Source of the DNA: an uncultured Candidatus Saccharibacteria bacterium
Lineage (GTDB): Bacteria; Patescibacteriota; Minisyncoccia; Phycocordibacterales; UBA2100
Direction: 5' to 3'
NCBI GenBank assembly: GCA_964594735.1
Contig: CAZQMS010000001.1
Coordinates: forward strand, 1-60,522
Length of the DNA: 60,522 bases
In this document: piece after piece, positions 53,842-60,522 of the stretch
How the letters are laid out: each line of letters starts with the position of its first letter
Numbering within the stretch: position 1 is the stretch's first letter
Translations under genes and position numbers: made by a program
Notes under the pieces: generated by a model
What the model was told of the DNA's origin: nothing
Database searches by the model: none
What the model saw: the letters and a program-made list of their open reading frames with translations, nothing else

Positions 53842-54993
53842 TTAGTACGCAGCGGTGGGACGCGTGACGAAGTACACAGAGAGTCCTGCCGCGAGCCCGG
53901 CCACCAAGAACGCGATCACAAGCGCATACGGGAGCGGCAAGAGCCAGAGGAGGAACACGGTCACAAGACACAGTGCAATGCGGCCGAGCGCCATGCCCAT
54001 TTCTTTGAGCACTGTGTACTCGTCTACAAACGTGTGACTGTCTGCCACGTGCTCTTGAGTATCAATATCGAGTCCGCGCGTCGCGGAGCGTCCCGCGGTG
54101 TGAAAATACGTGTCTACAAGTATCGCCGAGACAAATCCTCCGACTCCCAGGCGCATCACCCAGCCAGAGACAGCGACGAGCGGTAAGACGCGCACCGGCA
54201 TCGTCTCCAGAGTCGGCGAGAAGAGTTTTTTTGCAATGAGCGTAAAAATAAGTGTGAGCGACATGACGACGCCGAGAAGCGGATACGACCAGTCGATGAG
54301 CGTGAATACAGTAATCGGCCAGAGTACAAAGAGCGACGCTGCCTCCATGCCCGAGAGAATCGAACTGCGCAAAAGAATCTTGTTGCGGTCGTCGAAGAGC
54401 TCATGGAACGAAGCGCGGTATCCCCACGAGAATCCTTCGTACGCCTCGCGCACGCTCGCGAGCGGTATGCACGCTAGAAGCGCCACGGCGCCGGCGGCGT
54501 AGAGGAACGCGGCCACAGACGCGGCATCGTAGGCGAGGTAGAGACCCGCAGCGAGTGGCGCGAGTGCTACAACGATCTCTACCCACTCGCGCTTTGGCAC
54601 CGGAGCGATTTCTTTGGCTATTGCATACGGCGCCCAGTAAAAGGCGCGGTACACGCCCGTGAGCACCGCAAAGAGTGCGATGCCAAGCCCCACGTCGCCG
54701 AGCGCGCCCGAGAACCCGAGCGCGAGTGCTGCAAATGACGCTGCAAGGAGTACCGTCGCGAAGATAAGTGTGCGCCTGAAACCGTGACGCAATCGGTGCG
54801 CAGAGAGCGGTGTGACTAACACGACGATTGTGTGCGTAAGTGCGTAGGTGAGCAGTACGCTCGCGAGCGCCGCCGCAATAGAGCGCGTCTGAATGTAAAA
54901 ATATTGGAAGATGAACACCCAGGCGAAAAGATGCGCGGCAGCGAGCGCTGCGCGGATAACGAGTCGATGTATGCCGGATGCGCTAAGCGTCAT
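53842..54993 (-). CDS. polytopic membrane protein (about 10-12 TM, transporter-like)
   Basis: The ATG at 54993 gives 383 aa, hydrophobic throughout. The upstream part of the track ORF (to 55281) is Ser/Arg-rich and overlaps the 54983..55366 gene. Confidence 0.55.
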   Translation of the reverse strand: MTLSASGIHRLVIRAALAAAHLFAWVFIFQYFYIQTRSIAAALASVLLTYALTHTIVVLVTPLSAHRLRHGFRRTLIFATVLLAASFAALALGFSGALGDVGLGIALFAVLTGVYRAFYWAPYAIAKEIAPVPKREWVEIVVALAPLAAGLYLAYDAASVAAFLYAAGAVALLACIPLASVREAYEGFSWGYRASFHELFDDRNKILLRSSILSGMEAASLFVLWPITVFTLIDWSYPLLGVVMSLTLIFTLIAKKLFSPTLETMPVRVLPLVAVSGWVMRLGVGGFVSAILVDTYFHTAGRSATRGLDIDTQEHVADSHTFVDEYTVLKEMGMALGRIALCLVTVFLLWLLPLPYALVIAFLVAGLAAGLSVYFVTRPTAAY

Positions 54994-55366
54994 GTCGTTC
55001 ACGCAGCGCGCCGCGCGGCCACGCCCTTTCAAGAAGCGGAGCGAGAAGCGGGACACATGCGATAAGCGCGTACCCCACCCAGATGTTCCAGTCGCTAAAG
55101 AGTGCCCATCCTGTAAAAGGAACTGTGAGAATAATGTCAAGAATGGCGACGACTGCGACCCACGAGAGCGAGTACGGAAGAATGTCGTGCCACCCGTGGA
55201 GGCGCAGCGACCGGCCTGCGATAAGCGCGAGCAGGATGAGAATGCCGAGCCCCACGAGTCGCGGAAGCACCCCCTCAACAAAACCGTACACGACGAATCC
55301 CGACCAGAGTAGGAACATCACCGCGTATATGACAACTCCCCAGGAGATGAGCGCACTGTATCTCAT
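54983..55366 (-). CDS. 4-TM membrane protein, hypothetical
   Basis: 127 aa. Regular hydrophobic helices. 11-nt overlap with the downstream membrane gene. Confidence 0.5.
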   Translation of the reverse strand: MRYSALISWGVVIYAVMFLLWSGFVVYGFVEGVLPRLVGLGILILLALIAGRSLRLHGWHDILPYSLSWVAVVAILDIILTVPFTGWALFSDWNIWVGYALIACVPLLAPLLERAWPRGALRERHDA

Positions 55367-55421
55367 GCACTCATTATGCTCGACGCGACGACGCTCAGCC
55401 CGCTACGCTGTGGATAGTACG

Positions 55422-56486
55422 CTACTCGCCTTGCGTCGATATCATGAGCGTCGCGCTCACTTCCGCAGTCGCATTGCCGCGCGTGTATACTTTTACCTCT
55501 GATTTGAGTCGTTCGGATGCATCCATGTGTACCTCCACGGTCTTCACGTTGCGGATAGCTTCTTGGAATGTCGAGAACGCCCGACCGTAGTCGCCCTGCT
55601 TCAAACTCTCCTCAGCATCGGTCACCGTCCGCTCCGCATTATCGGCGGCATCGTGCGCGATTTGCGCAGACGATGTTGCGGACATAAGTGCCGATGTCGC
55701 CTTCGCGCGTACCGAATCTATCGCCTTCTTCGCCTTCTCTTGCTTTTCTATTGCGGCCTTGCGGACGTTCTGATCATCGCTTGTTGCCGCAAGACGTGCC
55801 TCTTTCGCCGCCCGAGCGTTCTGCGCCTTCTCCGCCCTCGCTATGACGGAGCGGATGATTGGCTCCGCAGCACTCTCATTGTCGTTAGAAATAGAGAGCG
55901 CCACGAGCACCTCCGCGTGTCCGATAAGCGAAGCTTCGAGGTCGGAGTGGGCTGCAGCTACAGCTGTGTCGGCTTCTGCCATCGCGAGCTTCTCTATCTG
56001 CGAGTCAAACGCGAGGATACTTGTCTCAAGGTGCGACTCAAGCTCTGCCTGAGTCACCGGATCTAACCTGCCCTCAGCTACGAGCACTTCTGCCTCCGCA
56101 AGACGCCTTTCGATGCGCTCCGTGTGCCATGTCGTTTTCGCTGCATCGGAAAGCGCGAGCGCACCGTGTATCTTCTCATTCACGCCGACTTTGACAGCGT
56201 AGAGCGGATCACCCGGAACCGCACCCTCAGCCGCATATGATGTGCCGACACCGACCACGAGGAAAAGCGCGAGCGCGGCGGGGACGAATCGGTAGCGGAG
56301 GCTCGACTGCGAGCCAAACGCATCGCCCATCGCGGACACCCCATCCGCGAGACGCACGAAGAATGGTGGGCGCGCTGGGTGATCCATCATGAAAGCGCGC
56401 AGTGAGTTGCGCATAGATGCACGCTCAAAATCAGTCAGAGCGTGCTGCTTTACTTCCCGAAATATGTCATTGATATCGTCGTTCAT
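55422..56486 (-). CDS. DUF5667-like single-pass membrane protein (anti-sigma-factor-like topology)
   Basis: The ATG at 56486 gives MNDDINDIF. About 60 aa are cytoplasmic, followed by TM FVPAALALFLVVGVGTSYA, PGDPLYAVK, and a long Ala/Glu-rich helical ectodomain. Confidence 0.6.
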   Translation of the reverse strand: MNDDINDIFREVKQHALTDFERASMRNSLRAFMMDHPARPPFFVRLADGVSAMGDAFGSQSSLRYRFVPAALALFLVVGVGTSYAAEGAVPGDPLYAVKVGVNEKIHGALALSDAAKTTWHTERIERRLAEAEVLVAEGRLDPVTQAELESHLETSILAFDSQIEKLAMAEADTAVAAAHSDLEASLIGHAEVLVALSISNDNESAAEPIIRSVIARAEKAQNARAAKEARLAATSDDQNVRKAAIEKQEKAKKAIDSVRAKATSALMSATSSAQIAHDAADNAERTVTDAEESLKQGDYGRAFSTFQEAIRNVKTVEVHMDASERLKSEVKVYTRGNATAEVSATLMISTQGE

Positions 56487-56634
56487 ATGTCCTCTCTCAG
56501 GCCGCTGCACCGGTGCGGCGCATGTGGTTCCCTGTGGATTATAGACGAACTATGCAGCATCGTCTTACCCTCTATGCGAATGGCCCGCCCCAGGCCAGAT
56601 GCCGGGGCGGGCCATTCTAAAACGCAGTCGCGAG

Positions 56635-56967
56635 TTACCAAGCGCGGCCGCCCCCACCTCGGGAACCGCCGAATCCGCCCCGGTCACCACCTCCGCGGAA
56701 ATTGTTCTTCGGGCGCTCCTCCATCGGTCTCGCTTCGTTGACCGTGAGAGTGCGGCCGCCGAAATCCTTTCCGTTCCAGAGATCGATGCCCTTCTGGGCG
56801 TCTTCATCGCTCGACATCTCCACGAAACCGAATCCCTTCGAGCGTCCGGTCATACGATCCATGATGATCGATGCGGAGTCGACGGAACCAGCCTGGGAGA
56901 ACGCTTCGCGGAGCTCATCTTCCGTCGTTGAGTACGGGAGACCGCCCACATATAGCTTCTTAGCCAT
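56635..56967 (-). CDS. RRM-type RNA-binding protein with a Gly/Arg-rich tail
   Basis: 110 aa. RNP-2 KLYVGGL, RNP-1 KGFGFVEM, C-terminal GGGDRGGFGGSRGGGG. Confidence 0.9.
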   Translation of the reverse strand: MAKKLYVGGLPYSTTEDELREAFSQAGSVDSASIIMDRMTGRSKGFGFVEMSSDEDAQKGIDLWNGKDFGGRTLTVNEARPMEERPKNNFRGGGDRGGFGGSRGGGGRAW

Positions 56968-57042
56968 GTCACTTTCTTTTTTCCTTCCTTTAAAAAATGT
57001 AAACCAACCTTTTCCTTATGGGAAAAACTTACATTCGCGGAA

Positions 57043-57070
57043 ACTATAGCCCACCTTTGGTGTAACGCAA
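57043..57070 (-). promoter_or_regulatory. candidate promoter (TTGCGT-16-TATAGT) for the RRM gene
   Basis: Minus strand: ttgcgt, then tacaccaaaggtgggc, then tatagt. The predicted start falls at the base of the 56996..57035 hairpin. Confidence 0.35.
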
Positions 57071-57100
57071 GTGAATTTCAACAGGTCCCCCGCCGCGGCT

Positions 57101-57652
57101 CTACAGAGCCATGATTCCTGCCTTCTCGCGCATCATCCTGCTGAGCTTCTCGATGCCGCGATGGATGCGTACCGATACCACGTTTTCCGAAACACCAAGC
57201 GCGGCAGCTATCTCACGCGGCGACATTTCATCGAGGTACCGCATCGTGATTGCGGTGCGGTAAATCTCATCGAGCGATTCAAGCAGCGCGAGTGCATCGC
57301 CCAGCGCTTTCTTGTCGACGGGTTCTGGGATACTATCATCGCGCACTTCGAAGCCGTCGTCTTCCATCATTGCATCGAGCGACGCAGACTTCTTTCTACG
57401 CGACCCGTCGACGATGAGGTTGTTGGCGACGCGGTAGAGGAACGCGCGGATGTAATCAATCTTCTTGCCTTCGGTGAGGTACACCCATGTCCGCGAATAG
57501 GCCTCTTGTACAATATCTTTGGCTATCTCTCGATCACGCACACGTATCAGGCAATGCCGCAAAAGCGCATCGGCATGTTCTTCATACGCGGACATGAAGG
57601 TCCGCTCGAGCTCGAGAGCCCACGCATCTTGCCGGGTTGTACGTTTTTTCAT
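57101..57652 (-). CDS. ECF-type sigma-70 family factor
   Basis: 183 aa. Region 2: DIVQEAYSRTWVYL...YIRAFLYRVANNLIVD. Region 4: YRTAITMRYLDEMSPREIAAALGVSENVVSVRIHRGIEKL. Confidence 0.85.
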   Translation of the reverse strand: MKKRTTRQDAWALELERTFMSAYEEHADALLRHCLIRVRDREIAKDIVQEAYSRTWVYLTEGKKIDYIRAFLYRVANNLIVDGSRRKKSASLDAMMEDDGFEVRDDSIPEPVDKKALGDALALLESLDEIYRTAITMRYLDEMSPREIAAALGVSENVVSVRIHRGIEKLSRMMREKAGIMAL

Positions 57653-57787
57653 TGAAGCATCAAGAAAAGCAAGCGGATTGTGAGCATTGTATGAATATGC
57701 GCGGAAAAACTAAAAAAGCCGACACTCCTGACGATGTCGCCTTTCCCGCCTCACCATGGTACATGCCAGTCGCGACCACATCAAGCT

Positions 57788-57818
57788 GGAAAAAGAAAAG
57801 GCCGCCCCCCGGACGGCC
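57788..57818 (-). terminator. intrinsic terminator after the 57840..58274 gene
   Basis: Minus strand: ggccgtccggggggcggcc followed by ttttctttttcc, about 21 nt after the stop. Confidence 0.5.
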
Positions 57819-57839
57819 CATTTCTCGATGCGTGGTCAC

Positions 57840-58274
57840 CTACGACCTTTGCACATCGAGCTTTGCAAGTAGCATCATAAGATTTTCCGGCAGCTGTTCG
57901 CTCACACCTAAGTGTTCGCGCAACTGCTTCCCCACCTCGTCGGACGCGGCCTGGGCGGCTCTCCGAATGTCCCGACAGGTATGTTGGAGCTCGTGAATCG
58001 ATGCTCCAAAGCGGAACTTGATGTGCTTCTCGAGCGCCGGGTCGTTGTCGACCAGTTTGCGCAGCGCTTCCACAAAATCAGGGATGTATCGTACGTCGGT
58101 CTTCTCGAGCAATTTGCCGTAAAAGATCACGGCTTCAGGCTCAAGCCGACCCTCGCAGAGTGGCTTGAAGTAGCGCTCGAGAACCGCAATGTCCGAGCTT
58201 CCACTCGGGTGCTTCGCGATAACGAGCGTCCCTTCAAGTGCAGAGCGGGGTATCCTCTTGGTTTCAGTGAACAT
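57840..58274 (-). CDS. hypothetical protein with a NepR-like anti-sigma motif at the C-terminus
   Basis: 144 aa. aaggag lies 9 nt before the ATG. The C-terminus SDEVGKQLREHLGVSEQLPENLMMLLAKLD resembles the NepR signature (IGxxLRxxY....E.lP..f..LL..L). The N-terminal 100 aa are unassigned. Confidence 0.5.
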   Translation of the reverse strand: MFTETKRIPRSALEGTLVIAKHPSGSSDIAVLERYFKPLCEGRLEPEAVIFYGKLLEKTDVRYIPDFVEALRKLVDNDPALEKHIKFRFGASIHELQHTCRDIRRAAQAASDEVGKQLREHLGVSEQLPENLMMLLAKLDVQRS

Positions 58275-58318
58275 AGGGAGAACTCCTTTACGCTAAAAGC
58301 AATTCTCCCCCCATTGGA

Positions 58319-58346
58319 ATTATAGATGTGTGAACACTCCATGCAA
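58319..58346 (-). promoter_or_regulatory. candidate promoter (TTGCAT-16-TATAAT) for the NepR-like gene
   Basis: Minus strand: ttgcat, then ggagtgttcacacatc, then tataat. The -35 lies inside one of two CCTTGCATG direct repeats. Confidence 0.4.
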
Positions 58347-58409
58347 GGCTCATTTTCATGCAAGGATGTAAAAAACGTGGTGCAAAGCGGGACAGGTACG
58401 AGCGCGACG

Positions 58410-59465
58410 TCAAAACAGCTTTGTATTGGGATATTCAAGGGATACCCGCGTACCTTTGCCAGAGCTCGTCGAGACCAATTCGGCGCCTAGCTGCCTCGCG
58501 AGCGAGGCCACAATGCTCGTGCCAAGACCTTGGTGCTCGTTCGACTTGGTGTACCCGATGCCGTCATCTTCTATGACAAGGGTCCACCTGTGATCCTGTA
58601 CACGATAGCTGATGACCACACTGCCTCCCTTGTCGTCGGGAAAGGCATACTTGAGGGCGTTTATAACCAGTTCGGTCGTAAGAAGCCCGAAACTTATCGC
58701 ATGTTCGGCAGTCACCGTGCCTGCGTCCGCATCGACACGAATCGTTATAGGCCTTCTACCGCCTATCATCGACTTTTCCAGCCCACTGCAGAGCGCTGTC
58801 AGATAGCTGGACACACTGACACTATCATCCATAAGACCAGCAGGATCGAGGTGCCGCTGCACGGTAGCCATCGACATGATGCGACCGCGCGCATCTTCCA
58901 AATGAAGCCGTGCCTCATCGGACGCCACAGTGCCAGCTTTCAAAAGCAGAATGCTCGCAATCAACTGCAAACTATTTGCAATGCGATGACGCATCTCATT
59001 GATGAGGGTATTCTTCTGCTCGACGACTTTCTCGAGCTCGCGCTCAGTAAGTCTTTGACTCGTGACATCGTGGATTGAAAGGAGCATTTTCTTCCTTCCA
59101 TTCTCATACCTGATTTCGCATGCATTGACGAGCATGACGCGGTTGCCGAGCGTAATGAAATCGTGATCCACCTGGTAGTCCTCGACTGTCGCGTGCTCGG
59201 GTATGACCTGCTCTAAAAGCTGTCGCAAGGCGGGAACATTCCACTCGCCATTGCCGATTTCGTAAAAAAGCTTGTCGCGGGTGACTTCGTGCGTCATCCC
59301 AAATTTTTTATAAAAGGAGCGACTCGCGGCTATGATGCGCAATTGTTCATCGAGTACAATAAGTGGCTCTCGAATGGTGTCTATAATCGCACGCGTGAGA
59401 ATATGACCATCCTTTGGGTCACCTAAGGGGTCTCGAACCCCTCGGTGTTTGATCACAAGCTCCAT
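58410..59465 (-). CDS. cytoplasmic PAS-domain sensor histidine kinase, HisKA_2/HWE type
   Basis: The ATG at 59465 gives 351 aa. PAS: IIDTIREPLIVLDEQLRIIAASRSFYKKFG. H-box EMRHRIANSLQLIASILLLK. ATPase region LVINALKYAF, RWTLVIEDDGIG, GLGTSIV. No TM segments. Confidence 0.85.
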   Translation of the reverse strand: MELVIKHRGVRDPLGDPKDGHILTRAIIDTIREPLIVLDEQLRIIAASRSFYKKFGMTHEVTRDKLFYEIGNGEWNVPALRQLLEQVIPEHATVEDYQVDHDFITLGNRVMLVNACEIRYENGRKKMLLSIHDVTSQRLTERELEKVVEQKNTLINEMRHRIANSLQLIASILLLKAGTVASDEARLHLEDARGRIMSMATVQRHLDPAGLMDDSVSVSSYLTALCSGLEKSMIGGRRPITIRVDADAGTVTAEHAISFGLLTTELVINALKYAFPDDKGGSVVISYRVQDHRWTLVIEDDGIGYTKSNEHQGLGTSIVASLARQLGAELVSTSSGKGTRVSLEYPNTKLF

Positions 59466-59717
59466 AGTATACCTATCCTGCGTGAAAGCGAGGTGAAGCA
59501 GAATGAACGGACTAGTTGCAGTCCAAGGGGAGGTCACGCATACCTTGCTCGCCGTCGCTCGCATACTTGCCTGACCACGCCTCGCATCGCTTTTATCTGT
59601 TGCGGACCCTACGCGGCTGGGAAACCCACGGTTTTCCCAATCCTTCCTCCACGGGAAAACGGCAGTTTTCCCGACCCCTTTCTACGCTAGGGTCCATCTC
59701 CTCACTTCATTCGTCGG

Positions 59718-59790
59718 TGGACCCTAGCGGATTCGAACCGCTGACATCCACATTGCAAATGTGGCGCTCTACCAACTGAGCTAAGGGCCC
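59718..59790 (-). tRNA. tRNA-Ala (anticodon UGC)
   Basis: Minus strand: gggccct-ta-gctc-agttggta-gagc-g-ccaca-tttgcaa-tgtgg-atgtc-agcgg-ttcgaat-ccgct-agggtcc-a. The cloverleaf folds by hand, with the G3:U70 identity pair and anticodon TGC. CCA is not encoded (acc-g). Confidence 0.9.
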
Positions 59791-59839
59791 TACAGCCGGG
59801 ATTATACATATTTTTTTGCACTCAGCATTCCCCTCCCTT

Positions 59840-59857
59840 GACTTGATATATCAAGTC
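59840..59857. repeat. 18-bp perfect palindrome gacttgatatatcaagtc, copy A
   Basis: Overlaps the stop codon of the YerC-like gene by 2 nt. Identical, with the same preceding t, to copy B. Confidence 0.9.
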
Positions 59858-60296
59858 ATCGCGATTTCCCCTTGGGCCACGGAAAGAGCAAGAAGTGAAG
59901 CGGGTACTTCTTCTTGAGCCGATACAATGCGCTCGTCGCGTACATTTCCCGCTGCCCCGCCTTGCTTCGCCAGTACCGGGCACTTTGTTCTTCCCTCAGC
60001 CCATCAATGGCTTTCTCATAGCCCGGAAATTGGTCGTCGAGCCAACGGTCTACGCGCCATACGGTATCGGTACCCACTTTTAGTCCATCGGCTATGTATC
60101 GGTGTGTGCACCCCTCCAGCAGCATCCGAGCAATCAATATGCGTCTACCCAACATTATGCGCTCACTTTCAGTGAGAAGGTCGCGCAAGAACATCTTCAT
60201 ATCAGCCCGACCTTTCACGGAAGCCGCAGCGGTGTAGAGCGCATCCAGGATCTCGATTCTATCTGCATCAGGCAAGTCTTTTGCCCTCACTTTCAT
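59856..60296 (-). CDS. TrpR-like YerC/YecD family DNA-binding protein
   Basis: 146 aa. FLRDLLTESERIMLGRRILIARMLLEGCTHRYIADGLKVGTDTVWRV matches the YerC/TrpR HTH pattern. Confidence 0.8.
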   Translation of the reverse strand: MKVRAKDLPDADRIEILDALYTAAASVKGRADMKMFLRDLLTESERIMLGRRILIARMLLEGCTHRYIADGLKVGTDTVWRVDRWLDDQFPGYEKAIDGLREEQSARYWRSKAGQREMYATSALYRLKKKYPLHFLLFPWPKGKSR

Positions 60297-60302
60297 ATTT
60301 CT

Positions 60303-60332
60303 ATATTAGCACCTGACTTGATATATCAAGTC
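60303..60332 (-). promoter_or_regulatory. candidate extended -10 promoter (TGcTAATAT) plus palindromic operator (copy B, 60315..60332); near-leaderless
   Basis: Minus strand: gacttgatatatcaagtc-ag-g-tgc-taatat-agaaat-ATG. The -10 ends 6 nt before the ATG. The palindrome covers the -35 zone. Confidence 0.45.
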
Positions 60333-60440
60333 GGTTATAAACAGTGAGTTCGTGTTTGCCTAAGTACGCTCTACACGGCAGGGTGCACGAGCAGAGATAC
60401 CAAGTATGCGTCAGGTTATGAACATCGTAACGCCTACAAA

Positions 60441-60522
60441 CTAACGTGATGTCCGTGCCAGATGTATCGCGTGCTCGAGGAATTCGAGCACCGAAGAACC
60501 GACACTTTCGAGCATCGCGGGG
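60441..60522 (-). CDS. 3' end of an unidentified gene truncated by the window edge
   Basis: The minus-strand frame reads ...MLESVGSSVLEFLEHAIHLARTSR then stop (cta at 60441..60443). Only 26 codons are visible. Confidence 0.25.
   Translation of the reverse strand, partial: PAMLESVGSSVLEFLEHAIHLARTSR

Overview
Gene-dense bacterial chromosomal window of 60.5 kb. GC is roughly 55-60% by hand spot counts of individual 60-nt lines, with clearly AT-richer patches. About 80% of genes lie on the minus strand.

Backbone (housekeeping): gltX; a minimal mraY-ftsW-murG block; a D-Ala-D-Ala carboxypeptidase; scpB/scpA; aspS; trpS; grpE / dnaK-dnaJ; the ribosomal/RNAP block infA-rpmJ-rpsM-rpsK-rpsD-rpoA-rplQ-rplM-rpsI; alaS; mnmA; mltG; dnaB; recR; rplU; rmuC; and one tRNA-Ala(UGC).

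Lineage (inference only, nothing was searched): several reduced-genome traits look consistent with a Patescibacteria/CPR-like organism.
- L13 is only 119 aa.
- AlaRS ends right after the editing domain.
- There is no secY-adk-map upstream of infA.
- There is no murD between mraY and ftsW.
- There is an RRM-type RNA-binding protein and many small membrane ORFs.

Non-routine content I can support from the sequence:
1. A protein made of four tandem LuxR/GerE-like HTH modules, divergent from an ECF sigma factor with a long C-terminal extension.
2. A PAS-HisKA_2/HWE kinase, then a protein with a NepR-like C-terminal motif, then an ECF sigma. This resembles the alphaproteobacterial general-stress-response logic but without PhyR.
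3. A patchily AT-richer cluster: 7TM sensor kinase, Acg-type double nitroreductase, PaaK/F390-synthetase-like adenylating enzyme and a ThiF/E1-like protein. The E1 plus nitroreductase pair looks like a split Rv1355c architecture.
4. A Y1/HUH (RAYT-like) transposase flanked by identical 25-nt perfect palindromes, inserted between grpE and dnaK. A third palindrome copy lies after recR.
5. Three structured non-coding regions: a candidate C-rich sRNA, a roughly 390-nt structured spacer ending in a terminator, and a three-way-junction element next to the tRNA.
6. An 18-bp perfect palindrome duplicated on both sides of a TrpR/YerC-like gene.
7. An AT-rich PIN-like two-gene cassette.

No CRISPR array, rRNA or prophage block was seen. 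All family assignments come from motif recognition by eye; no database search was run.
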